A stretch of DNA of 63,812 bases, filler included, from Chiloscyllium plagiosum (taxonomy: Eukaryota): assembly GCF_004010195.1 (NCBI RefSeq). It is 4 parts of one record of this genome, joined end to end, with 100 filler letters (N's around TTAATTAATTAA, not from the genome) between each part and the next. Parts side by side here need not be neighbours in the genome. Positions count along the whole stretch, not along the records: positions 20,795 to 36,869 come from NC_057713.1; 3 more parts are not named here. One strand, given 5' to 3'. The notes below the pieces were generated by a model. That model saw only the letters and a program-made list of their open reading frames with translations, was not told the DNA's origin and did no database searches. The position numbers were made by a program, and so were the translations under genes. This document shows, piece after piece, positions 24,440-36,969 of this stretch (its first letter is position 1; each line of letters begins with the position of its first letter).

Positions 24440-26270
24440 GGCTGGATTTTGTCTTGTTTTGGCATTAAGTTTCATCAAGGGCTTCTCTTTGTGAGTTCTG
24501 GTGAGGCTTTCTAGTGCTATTGTCACAAACTTGCCTCATTAATTATCTACCACAATATCTTGTATGATAACCCTCTTGTCTGATGCTAGCTGGATTCTAT
24601 CAGTCACTGTACCCAGGAAAACTCTTAAATGCCTGAGTTATCCCACAACAAGCTGGCATCCCTTGCAGTGCACCATTTTGAACAGGCCTTTGTTCACCTG
24701 GTCAAATGCTGTCAGTCCAGATCTGCCCTGCATGATTTGTAACATTTTCTCCAGATGTGGCAGATAGGGGAAAACTGCCATCCTGCTTTGCAGACAGGCA
24801 CCTTAAGGTCCTGGTTGATTAGGGTGGTACAGAACAGGAGCATCCTCTTCCCCAGGATCAGCAGAGGACACCACAACCTCAGCCACTGCCATCCCAGATC
24901 GAGGTTGCCATTCACATCATTGCTATCTGGAGGAAAGTCAATGACATTCTCCACTCCTCCAGCCTAAGCACCACCATCTTCTCTCTTCTACCTCACACTC
25001 ACTCTCTGCCACTATACCCACCTGCCACCAGAGCTCATGCACTACCACTCTCACTATGCAACATCTTCCCCACTTGTTCTCACCCACCTGATTCTTTGAT
25101 ACTATTAAACCAGCATTCCCCTTGTGCTGCCTATTCATTCCCTTGGAACACCTCACTAGCTTTCCCCCAACCCTACCAGCACTAACAACTATGCCAGCTA
25201 CTTTTATTTCCCTTAATATCATCTTTTTCTCATTTCAGGAGAAAACAAATCATGGTGGGGTAGAAAGAGACATGATGGGAGTGGGCTTCCTGACAATGGA
25301 CTTATCGCCCCTTACAAGGAGAGGTTTTTGACTCTGACCACCCCAGTTGTTTGACAGGTTATGCCCAAGCCCCTAGATTGGTATCCGAGGTTACCATTTG
25401 ACTTACTGTGCTAGAATGCAAAGACCTGAAGAGTGCCTGAAGAGGCTGGTTGACAGCCATGACAAGCTTCCTGGCTTTGGGTCTGCACTAAATGACAAAG
25501 CAATACAGAGGTTCCTGGAGTTTGGGAGTTTCAACTGAGGGACGTCATACTGCGAAAAAGCAAGGCAAGGCAGGAATGTTATGAGTATCTAAATAAACTC
25601 AAAGTGAATGATCACGCGGAGAATGATCAAACAAACAGCCTTAAGATGTGACTTAACACTTTGCATGAGCTGTGTGCTTGTCTCTGTGTGTAAAGTGTTC
25701 CTACAACAGCATTGCAGTGAGAGTTGCTGGTCCATCCCAAAGGCCAGCTGTAAAGTGCAGGAGCATACTATAAGTGGATTGGAGATGTGCCATAATGATG
25801 CGGAGAGGCTGGCACATATCACATACAAATGTCCATCGATGTGGGTTGGGGTGAGGGTGATGTTAGGTACTGTGGTTGCTGACCAAGGAGTGTAGCCAGA
25901 GATGTGTGTCTGGGTGTCCATGATCAAGGAACAGAGGGCCAAGTGGTGTGCTGAAGTTGCCACGTACTTGTGCTATCTTTCATGTTGGATACTATCGACA
26001 CCAAGTTTCCTTCTAGTGAGTGGTATGCAGCATCCTATTTTATCAATGTGATGGAATTTGAAGATAATGAGGCTGAGAGCAAGCAATAACTTTCCTTCAT
26101 AGGAATGTCACTGCTCCCTTGTGTGAATCTCATCTCAACACTTGGAACTCTGTTGGAATATGCAACGGGTTACCCTTAACATTGATAAAGACCTTGCCCA
26201 ACTTTTCGTGTGATTTTCTCAGATTTCCCACCATAGCCTACATTATTTTGGGCCTTATAAGATTCAGCCC
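24440..26270 (+). mobile_element. PIF/Harbinger relic carrying a decayed Myb/SANT-like gene
   Basis: FADRHLKVLVD, VVQNRSILFP and RKVNDILHSS at 24787-24960, then a second exon ttcag|EKTNHGGVER at 25239. Imperfect ggctgRatYtt termini. Confidence 0.6.
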
Positions 26271-27236
26271 TACCCTTCTCTTTCGACAAGTAAATTTGAA
26301 AAACCAACGGGTCTATTTGCACAGGGCTCAAAATACATGCTCAAAGGCATTCTAATGACCACTTAGGCAGCACTCATCAGAACCAAAGTCAAGGTTCTCT
26401 TGAAGAGTAAAGTTTGTGAGGTCCTGTCTGAGAGTTTTGAGATGTTCTAGCTGCATTGAATGCTCTCTTGGTGGCATGAAAACGTGAAAGTCTCACTCTT
26501 CTGTCTGGTAATGGCAAGTAATGCAAATTCACTACTTTCTGCTATATTCATGTATGGTCAGATGAATGCAACAGACTTCCCAATTGACAGTGACAATTGT
26601 CTTCATGATATTGGCATAATTACTAAATCAGCTTGCCTTTAATCTATGTGCTTAGTACATACAGAGTAGACAATAGTAAAATATAAGATTGCAGCAAATA
26701 ATGGGTCAAAAGTGACATGTATAAGAGTTCAGTCTAAAAATAAAAGTGTTCACTGCCTGAACTAGAATATGGAAGTGAAAAACTAGTTTCTCAATCCTGA
26801 TCTGTCAGTAACTTAGATTGATACCTCATACTCTCCCTTAGTAATTACAATCACAAAAGATGAAAGGCAGAACAATACTGAAGCCAATTGAAAGAAACCA
26901 AGTACAAGTCTGGAGGTGAAGCTAACCAAGTCAACCAACACATTGAATACCAACATGAGCCGCTGAGATCATTTACAAACCCTCCAACTGTTATTGCACT
27001 TTAATTCTCATGTGTGCAAATTGATATGATTGTACAGCACTGACTCCTGAGATGATTGATTATTTGAAGGGTGTTTATGGGTGAATAATGAGGCATTACT
27101 CCTGTCATTGAAGTATTTGAAATCAATTCTGAAGTTTTGGCGGCTAAGTTTCATATTTTCAGCTAAACACAAAACTGAGTTGACCTGCTTGACAAGGGAA
27201 ACCTTCAATGTGGCATTTTGCATTGCTTAAATGTAT

Positions 27237-27474
27237 AGATTAGATTACCTACAGTGTGGAAACAGGTCCTTCTGCCCAACAAGTTCATGGGCAATTCACC
27301 TACCTTGCACATCTCTGGATTGGGGGAGGAAACCGGAGCACCCGGAGAAAACCCATGCAGACACAGGGAGAATGTGCAAACTCCACACAGGCAATCGCCC
27401 AAGGCTGGAATTGAACTTGGGAACCCTGGTGTTGTGAGGCAACAGTGCTAACCACTGAGCCACCATGCCACCCT
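27237..27474 (-). mobile_element. tRNA-derived SINE (internally deleted)
   Basis: gggtggcatggtggctcagtggttagcac head and tctaa tail. Confidence 0.85.
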
Positions 27475-28897
27475 AATGAATACTGAAGATGTAAAATAAA
27501 ACCTGAGTGCTGGAGAAGACCAATGGATCTGGCATCATTGGTGGAGAGAAACAGAGTTACCTTTTTGAATTTGAGATGATCCCTCCTGCTTACTGTATGA
27601 TCTGATCAGTTGAATTATTTTTGCATAGCTAAGTTATTGTATAATTGAGAAAAAAGATAAATCCATGACAGTAAATAAAGGGCAAACATAACATACAGAA
27701 ATTCTGTTATCTTGTTATCAGCATTCAATCAGTAGGTGAGATTTGTGTGTATGAAAATATTGCATTCAAATGTAGCATGTAAGCATAGCTCATTACAGCC
27801 AATTAGTTGTATTGAGCAGAAATGTCTGTGCAGCCTCTGTGATGATTAATTTACCCTGAGGGCATGGTCAATTTTTGAGACTAGCTTTCCTTAAGGCTAA
27901 AGTTTAAAACTAACAGAAAAAATCATGTAAACTCAAAATGCTGATTGCAAGTTACATTTAAAATTCCTGTTGGCTAAGCTGATTTTGGCTGAATTAGGCC
28001 ATAAAACCAAAAGCAATCAGAAAATCCTGGCCTTATTCTCTATTAGTCGTCTTGTTCAATTTTTACGATCCAATTTAATCACTTCAGTGGAATCTTTTTA
28101 AGTCTCTCAATGTCTGCTTCAGCACTCGTACCATTCTCTCTGAGTCAGAAATTCCACACCATGTCTTTTAATCTTGGCTAAGATACAAATGCAAAAAGAC
28201 TACTCCATTGTTGCAGATGCCATCTTTAGATGAGAGATCAAACTGAAGATCTATTAATTTGTTCAGTTAATGGTTGAAGTTCCCATGAGATTAATCAAAA
28301 CGGAGTCTGGAATTGATCCTGCCAACATTTGTGCCTGAGCAAAAGACAAAATAAGAGATCATTCATTTTATTGTAGCTGCTGGCATCTGATTATGTGTAC
28401 ATTGGTAGTTATATTTGCTGACAAAACAACATGACAATATTTTTAAATGAATTAATTGGCGGTAACGTACATTGATAGAGATGAAAAGAATACAATTTCA
28501 TTGCAAGCTCGTGCTTTCTCACTCTATCATTCCTATGTCTAATTAAGGTGGGCACTGCGGAGGAGAGGAAGGAAAATAATACAATCTACAATATCCATTA
28601 GAACTGCACAGATACATGTTGGAAAACGCTCTTCGTGGAGATGTAGATTTAAACATGGAGTTCAAATCTGTCTCGCGATTCACAAAGAAGTCGACTGATG
28701 AAGGATACCTTTTCATTTTATTAAACTGGTCAGCCCATATTGATAAAAGGTTAGGATTCATCACTGAAAATTCAGCAGGATGCCATGGGTTACTGGGAGT
28801 TGGATAAATGCAACTTTTGTGTCAAATAAACAATTTAACTGAGATCAAGGAAAAAATAATATAAATAATGATAATGTCTTGGAATTGCAGAGAAATT

Positions 28898-29159
28898 GGG
28901 GATGGCATGGTGGCTCAGTGGTTATCACTGTATCCTCACAGCGCCAGGGACCTGAGTTCGATTCTAGCCTTGGGTATCTGTCTGTCTGTCTGTGTGAGTT
29001 TACACATTCTCCCCTTGTCTGTGTAAGCTACCTCTGGGTGCTCTGGTTTCCTTCCACAGTCCAAAGCTGTACAGGGTAGGTGAATTGACCATGCTAAATG
29101 CCTATGGTGTCCAGGATGTATAGGCTAATTGGATTAGCCATTGGAAATGCAGGGTTATA
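28898..29159 (+). mobile_element. tRNA-derived SINE 5' part (continues at about 31502-31552 after the Rex1 insertion)
   Basis: ggcatggtggctcagtggtta...gagttcgatt head. Confidence 0.8.
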
Positions 29160-29167
29160 GAGGTTGA

Positions 29168-31493
29168 ACTGAATTTAATTTATTGTCACGTTTACCAAGG
29201 CACAGTGAAAAGCTTTGTCTTGCGAGCAATACAGGCAGATCACAGAGTTAAGTAGCATAGATAAGTAAATAATAGGTAAAAACCGGCAAAAACAAAAACA
29301 CAGGTATAGGTGAATGTAAACAATATGTGAGTCCATTAGTATTCTAACAACAGTAGGGTAGAAACTGTTTCCAAACTGGCTGGTGCATGTCTTCAGGCTT
29401 CTGTACCTTCTCCCCGATGGTAGAGGTTGTAGAAAAGCATTGCCAGGGTGGGATGGATCTTTGAGAATGCTGGCTGCCTTTCCTTGACAACGGGCCTGGT
29501 AGATGGATTCCATAGATGGGAGGTTGGTCTTTGTGATTGTCCAGACCAAGTTCAGCACTCTCTGTAACTGTCTCTGATCTTGAATGGTACAGTTGCAATA
29601 CCAGGTAGTGATACATCCAGACAGAATGCTCTCGATGGCACACCTATAAAAGTTGGCAAGGGTATTCACCGTCATGCCAAATTTCCTCAGCTGCCTGAGG
29701 AAGAGGAGATGTTGTTGAGCCTTTGGAACCAGTGTGTCCACATGAAGAGTCCAAGAAAGCTTGTCATGGACCACCATGCACAGGTGCTTGACACTCTCCA
29801 CTTGTTCTACCTCTGTGTTGTTAATGTGTAGGGGGGCCTGAGTAACATCCCACCGCAAGTTAAAAATGAGTTCTATGGTTTTGCTGACATTGAGAGCTAG
29901 GTTGTTCTCAGTGCATTATTTTTCCAGGTCTTCCACCATCTGTTTCGTCGCCATCTGAGATTCGAACGACTATGATGGTGTCATCAGCAAACTTGTAAAT
30001 GGAATTAGTCTGGTATTTAATGACGCAATCCTGGGTATACAGTGAGTACAGTAGGGGGTTGAGTACACCCATGGGGTCTCCAGTGTTGAGTGTTAGTGAG
30101 GATGAAATATTGTCCCCAATCTTCACTGATTGTGGCCTGTTGGTCAGGAAACTGAGGATCCAGTTGCAGAGAGTGCGGCTTAGTCCGAGATCACTAAGTT
30201 TAGTGATCAATCTCATGGGGATAATAGTGTTGAAGGCTAAACTGTAGTCAATGAGTAGGATTCTTAAGTAGCTGTTTTTGGTGTCAAGATGTTCTAGGGA
30301 AAAGTGAAGGGCAAGTGATATGGCATCTGACGTGGATCTGTTGGTCAAATAGGCAAATTGGAGTGGGTCAAGAGTAGTGGGGAGGCTGGAGTTGATTAAT
30401 ATACTGATCAGCATTTCAAAGCACTTCCTGACCAATGAAGTTAGGGCCACTGGGCGGTAGTCATTGAGACATGCTGCATGAGCCTTGTTCAGCACAGGGA
30501 TGCTGTTGGTCCTCTTGAAACAGGCAGGGACAGTGGCCTGCTGCAGGGAGAGGTTGAAGATGTCCGAGAAGACCTCTGCCAGTTAATCTGTGTGTGCTCT
30601 GAGTGCACGGCCTGGTATTCCGTTTGGTCCCGTTGCTTTCCTTGGATTCACATAAAGGAAAACTGATCTGACCTCTGACGCAGTGACTGTTGGGATAAGT
30701 TTGTCAGGACTTGGCGGAATACGTGTTACCTCTCTGCTGAAATTCTGCTCAAAAATGAGCATAGAAGGAGTTGACACAGTCTGGAAGGGATGTGTCATTG
30801 TCTGCTATCTTGCACTGTCTCTTTTTAGGACCTGTGATGTCATTTCAGTCCTTGCCATAGTCGCTGGGTGTCTGTCTGGGTCTCTAGTTAGGATCGGTAT
30901 TGGTCCTTGGCTGTCTTCATGGCTCTGCGAAGGTCATACTTGGATTCCTTGGGAAACACCCGGATTGACTTCCTTGGTATGCAAGTCCTCCACACACTTG
31001 CTGTTAAAGTCTGTGACGGTGGTGGAGTATTCGTCCAAGGTACCTGTGGACCGTTTGAACATGACCCAATCAGCCAATTCCAGACAGCACCGGAGTTGAT
31101 CCTCTGCCTCTTCCGACCAGCACTGGACCTGTATCCGTGAGGGGATCTCCTGCTTGAGTTTTTGCTGGGAAAAGAAACATGGCATTCCCGAAATGAAGGC
31201 AGGGTGGAGCAGTAGGCATCTTTCACAGTAGTCTAAAATGTTTGGGCCCCTGGTGGAGCAGGTAATGTCCTGGTGGTACTCTAGCAACACCTTCCTTAGA
31301 TTGGCTTGATTTAAGTCACCAGTTACAATAAACAGGGCCTCAGGGTGTTCTGTCTCCAGGGTGTTAGTGGTGGACTACAGCAAATCCAGAGCTTCCTCAA
31401 CCTTTGCTTGTGGCGGGATGTGCACAGCAGTTAGTATAGCAGCGGTAAATTCTCATGATAGATAGAAGGGGTGACATTTGATGTTGAGGAATT
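29168..31493 (-). mobile_element. Rex1/Babar-clade LINE (APE endonuclease plus RT, frameshifted, 5'-truncated), 8-bp TSD
   Basis: [16 protein letters not shown]...[21 protein letters not shown]...[41 protein letters not shown] at 29160-29167 and 31494-31501. Confidence 0.9.
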
Positions 31494-31646
31494 GAGGTTG
31501 ATTCTGAGTGAGATGCTCTTTGGAAGGTCAGTGTGGGCTCGATGGGCCAAATGTTCTTCATTTAAAAGGCAAAGGAGCATTTTTCATTGACACTATAAGA
31601 CTTTTATTGAACTTTCTTTTCGTGAGTCTTATTTTCATTCATTATG

Positions 31647-31949
31647 ATTAGATTCCATACAGTGTGGAAATAGGCCCTTTGGCCCAACAAGGCCACACAG
31701 ACTCTCCGAAGAGTAACCCACCCAGACCCATTCCCTATATTTATCCCTGACTAATGCACCTAGCACTATGGGCAATTTAGCATGGCCAATTCACCTGACC
31801 AGTACACCTTTGGACTGTGGGAGGAAACCGGAGCACCCAGAGGAAATCCACGCAAACTCCACACAGACAGTCGTCCAAGGCAGGAATTGAACCCAGGTCC
31901 CTGGTGCTGTGAGACAGCAGTGCTAACCACTGAGCTACCGTGCCGCCCC
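31647..31949 (-). mobile_element. tRNA-derived SINE
   Basis: gggcggcacggtagctcagtggttagcac head. Confidence 0.87.
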
Positions 31950-33339
31950 ATGCTATCACCAATTTCTCTTTCTCATTTTTTGTCTTCCTCAAGCAGTGAG
32001 AAAAGAAATGCATCCTATGGATTCTGTAAAATTGTGTTGATATTTGTGACTTTTGGAGTGCAGAATAGAGAAGATTGTGCACTGGCTTGCTCTGGGCCTA
32101 AACTTTGGTACATTACCCTTTCTTACACTCCAGTTACATAAAATATGAGAATGTTAACTTTTTGACTTATCTTCATTGTTTAATTGTATGATGTATGTCT
32201 GAGTGTTTGTGGTTATCTGTCTATTTGTGTGGGACTGATTGAAAAAGGAGTGAGATTGTCATGCTGAATAGTACAGGGTCTGAGCTTCAGGGAGGCTTCA
32301 ACCTTTTCTACTCTTTCTGTACTCTGATATGTCATCAAGTTCAAGTTACCTCCTTCAAGGGAATTAAATGCCAGTGCTTTGTTCGATTATTTCCAATTGG
32401 GACCCATTTCCCTGTAGTTTGTGCATCCGTATGTGGTCAGAGAAGTGGTCTTGAGAGCTAAATTGAAAACATATGCATTTAAAGTCATGCAGCTCGGTCA
32501 CAACAGTCTGGTGTGTGAAGAACTTAAAATATGAATGTGGCAAAGCGAACAACTGTACATTGTATTTTGAACATGAGGTCTCTTGTGGTATTGGATATAC
32601 ACGGGATGCAATCATGAACCTTTAACACATTTTGCAATTGCTTTGGTGTGAGCAGCAGATTTTTGAATAGTTTGGAAGACTCTTCTGCACCAATTTTTGT
32701 GCAATCTTGATCATTTGAGTTGATAAATGGTGCAGTTTATTAGGTTTACCATACCACGTTCCATCCTCTCTTGAATTTGTTTCCAGATCTTGCAGATCCT
32801 TTTATGGACTGGTGGATCTGGTCATCAACTCAAAACACTTTATAGTGAAACTGGACTTGAAGGCACCAGTGGTGCCAGTGTGATGGCAGCACTGAGCTGG
32901 CCAATAAAAGATTAGCCAGAATGTTTACAGCCAATTCTGCTGTAATATTGGTGCAGCCAGGGACATCAGATTTGGTGAATTGTGGCATTACACCTGTGAA
33001 TTTGATGCACTATCGCCATTTTGGAGCATGCAGGTCCAGCCGACACTTTTTTCCCTAATTGTTTCCAGCTAAATACACATCCCACGCTAATGCTATTTAA
33101 AGGTCTAACCATCTAACCTTCAAATTGCTTTTGCTGATGTGAGGGTAGAGGGTAGCACTGTGTTACATTATTGCAGTCTTGTTTACTTTCTGAATTCTCA
33201 AGGGAGTGGTGCTGAGTCTTGATAAAGAAGTTAGCAAAGTTATTTGTCTTGTCATCAGAAAGTCTGCCAGTTATAGAGAATATAGTTTCAGTCCCTCTTG
33301 GGCTGCAGCATGGCAAGGACTGATTCTCCAGCAGCACAG

Positions 33340-34330
33340 AAGAGAAACAGTGGGCAGAGACCTGAATGGAGCTCTCAACAGAAGGTCCTTATCACTGCAG
33401 TTATATGAAGAGTTGTCCTTATGCATCCACCTTAGCTGGTAGCACTGTGAGAGGTGCTTGCCAAGGAAGTGGTCACTGAACTCTCTCACCTGCTCCAATT
33501 TGACCTGCACCTCCACAGCAGAGTGAGGATGGGATTGCTAGGAAACATCAAGGTCATTGTCACCCTCTATTTCTATAAGAGTCAATATTTCCCCAGGAAG
33601 GAGCAGGTGATATCATAATATCTCACAGTCACTGTCCATCACTGTATCAGGGAGGTGACAGAGGGCCAGAAAGAAGTGGTACAAGCAAGTATATGAATTT
33701 GCTAGGTTGGAGAGATCTCCACTTGTGTAGCTCACTATACGCCCATGGCTCTGTAGGCCTCACATGTTAACAGGGAGATGCTCTGTCACCACTTGGGTTA
33801 TCATCCTATCAACATGCAATTGGGGTGGCGGTTGTAGTGACCACGACCCAGAAGTTACTCACAATGAATGCTTAATGTCATGGCACCAGCTACAAAGCCT
33901 TCATTTAGCGGCAGTTAGCCATGACCATCGTCTTTGGCCCATGTTGAAAAACTAGAGATTGGCTGCTTGGAAATATGGGATGCTACCACTCCCTGGCTAA
34001 TGAGTCCTCTTTGCCATCTGATCAAGCAAAGGCTGCCCACTTTTCAGCCATGCAGCTGCCAGGAACATCATTGTAAACCATTGACGGCTTGATGTAATGG
34101 TTCCACTCCCTGGATCACTCAGTGGCAGCTCTCCAATATCCAGGAGAACATGAATCATGACATGCGGTGCTCTGCCCAATCCTCCACAAACTTGTCATCA
34201 TGAGGCCATAGCCCTTTCCATCAGGAATTTTGAAACTTCCTTGGAGGAGGATGAGGAAGAAAATGAGGGGGAAAGAGTTGGTGACCGGGACTGCCCCACT
34301 CTGGATGGGTCTGTTTGTGAGTGGAACTTG
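33340..34330 (+). pseudogene. PIF/Harbinger (HARBI1-like) DDE transposase pseudogene
   Basis: Frameshifted pieces in the expected order: KEVVTELSHLLQ, KVIVTLYFY, VHHCIREVTE, WLLGNMG, WLMSPL, SHAAARNII, F.SLDHS.AALQY, LHKLVIMR, then an acidic tail. Confidence 0.8.
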
Positions 34331-36199
34331 AGAGTCCACTGAACACCATAGTAGCTGCACAATTCCCCTCTTAGCAATTGATCAGTTCCTGAACATCATA
34401 GCATCTTCTTGGCCAAATGCTAAAGTAAAAGTTGCTTCTAAAAGAATTTCATGCTAACTTTATCCAACAATAAACATAAAACTGAAATGATCATCCTTCT
34501 CTTAGCATCTGCCTTGTCAAAGCTATGAGAGACCAAAACTCCGGTGTATTTATAGACACTTTCGTTATCTATTGCACTCGCTGGATCATCACAAGTAAAC
34601 CCAATGATTACAACCTGGACTGTTACCGCAAGCTACGTCTGTATTTATCACTCATTTAGTTTAACACTGCAGCAAATAATTGTATCCGGTTACAAACAAA
34701 GCTGCCTCTGACTCACTACTGAGACTTTGGTATGACCTGCACTGGTGAGGGATAATAGACAAGCTTCATCACTTAGCTGGGTCTGTCCTCCTTCTCTGAA
34801 CTTTGAACTCAGCATCCTGCTTCCGTGATGGTTGTTGCTAGGTTATTGTTGCTGATATCTTCAACTCTCTTTCTTTTATGTCTTTTCTTGATCTTCCACG
34901 AAGTTCGATTCCTGCTCAACACCCTTGTGACTCTGAGAATGTCATCCAAGGGTGGGTTAGACAAGATACATCTGTTTCATAGTCCTCCATTGATCTTTAA
35001 TTCAGTATCTCTTGATGACCATGAAGGTCAAACAGGCTTTTAGCAGCCCTTATCAATAGGTTTCTGCTTAATTAGCAATGACTGGTTCTGTCTTGCACGG
35101 TGGGCTATTGTTCCTGTAAAGTTAGCCACCTTTTTTCATCATCCTTGTGGAGGCTGAGGTGCTATCCTTTCTGGTACAGTGTAGGAATTTGGATAAAGTG
35201 CCTGACTGATCTTTTAATTCTAAAATGCATTTTAGAAAAATATCGCTACAGAGAAAGATAAGCCAATATATAGATTCAGTGACTGTCCAGCAAAATCCTG
35301 TGTGAAACCTGCAAATAATCAGGAAACATCAAACAGGGAGAGTCTTAACAAAGGGGTTGATTATCCTCCTCTCATGAGAGAGTCACCTCTTCCAAACATG
35401 CTTGTTTTATCCTCCAGGTATGTACTTAAAGGGGGTTAAGATGTGACTGCAACACCAGTCTTTGTGTATTATTGGTCAGATGTCCAAGTGTGTGGACTAC
35501 TGTGCTGTGAGGGCCACAGCTTTGAGAACAGCCATTTTAAATACCCTTCCACTGCAGGTAAAATGAAAGGAAAAGTATCTCGCTCACTCTGAATGCTGCC
35601 AGCTAGTTCAAAACAAATCAGGACAAAGGAATTTCAGTTGACAGAGGAAACAAAAAATAAAGAGAGACAGCCTCATTGCCAATATTCAAACCACCAGTGT
35701 CATCCAATAAAAGCCTCAACATATTTGCATCTGCTTTTCATGAGTAATTCAGAGATTGATCCACATATCCTATTTTTCAGTTGCATGTTTTTCAACTCCC
35801 CTCTCATTTCCACTGTGTGCACACAAATGTCACTTCACTATTTCTTGCTATAGTAATTAATAAAATCACTTTTTTTTTTGTCAATTCTGATCAGTCTGGT
35901 GCAGAATTCATCTGGGATATTACGTCCCAGGGAGGTCATGCCCAAACCATCCAAAATAATTGGGCAGACTGCAAGGAGGGACTGACCAGATTGCAATTCT
36001 TGAGAACTGCGGAGGTGGAGGGTTAGTGTGAAGGAAAGGTTGTGGAGTGGAAAGAAAGAGGTCCAGGATTACATTATCGGTAGCTTGTGGTTCATGTCTG
36101 ACAACAGAATGAGTGTGAGGAGTTGAGAAAAGGTGAAAGGCAGGAACATCTCATCATTCTGAATGTCAGAGATGCTGTAATTTGCCTCATTCAACAGCC

Positions 36200-36695
36200 A
36201 GCTGTATTCTCTGCACCATGGTCTTCTCAGATCTTGCAATTGTACCTGACCACTGGCTAATCTCTGTTCTCCAAGATTTTGTCCTGCAAGGAAGAGGGAA
36301 GAATGTCAATGAGTGCATTTAAAAGTACGTGGAATGTATACCTGCCATAGTTATGGAAAAAAGGTAGTAGTAAGGCTGACAGCATTTATATGTGAGGCTG
36401 AAGTGAAGTCTCTGAACGTTAACCTGGAGTCCTTATTGTTAGAGATTACTGTTAGGTGGGTGATGAGGATGTGATACATTGAACGTCATGAGTTGGTGTG
36501 ATCCTCACCACTGTGAGGGCATTGAAAGTCTTCAACCAGGTCCTCAGGTTGAGAATCCAGAAATTGACTTCCATGGCCAACTACTCCCATTGTCTTTCCA
36601 GGTGTGCTGTCTCCCTATTGAGACATAGTCCCTCTCCTCCTTTCCACCACTTGGACTAATGCTACTAAAGCTGCATCAGGAATCTTGGGAACCTT
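36200..36695 (-). pseudogene. Harbinger Myb/SANT-like DNA-binding gene relic
   Basis: Reverse strand: KVPKIPDAALVALVQVVERRR...RQWE*LAMEVN...RTWLKTFNALT. Confidence 0.65.
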
Positions 36696-36696
36696 G

Positions 36697-36869
36697 TCTC
36701 TTTCTCTCTTTTTCTCTCTCTCTCTCTCTTCCTCTCTTTCTCTCTCTTTTTCTCTCTCTTTCTTTCTTACTCTTTCTCTTCCTTCTTTCTTTCTTTCTTT
36801 CTCTCTTTCTTTCTCTCTTTCTTTCTCTCTTTCTTTCTCTCTTTCTTTCTCTCTTTCTTTCTCTCTTTC
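36697..36869 (+). repeat. Polypyrimidine microsatellite (CT/CTTT, 12-mer CTCTCTTTCTTT-like units) abutting a gap
   Basis: Directly visible in the sequence. Confidence 0.95.
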
Positions 36870-36969
36870 NNNNNNNNNNNNNNNNNNNNNNNNNNNNNNN
36901 NNNNNNNNNNNNNTTAATTAATTAANNNNNNNNNNNNNNNNNNNNNNNNNNNNNNNNNNNNNNNNNNNN
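36870..36969. other. Scaffold gap with stop linker
   Basis: N44-TTAATTAATTAA-N44. Confidence 0.97.

Noticed and set aside
28543..28807. Overlapping 63-aa and 73-aa ORFs on both strands in unique sequence
   Set aside because: No recognisable homology, and splice-like sites occur on both strands, so nothing separates it from chance.
34515..35250. TGT...ACA-bounded segment considered as a solo LTR
   Set aside because: The flanks (tgcct versus gagaa) show no TSD, so it is left unannotated.
36659..36925. Leu/Ser/Phe-rich ORFs
   Set aside because: They are translations of the CT microsatellite and the gap.
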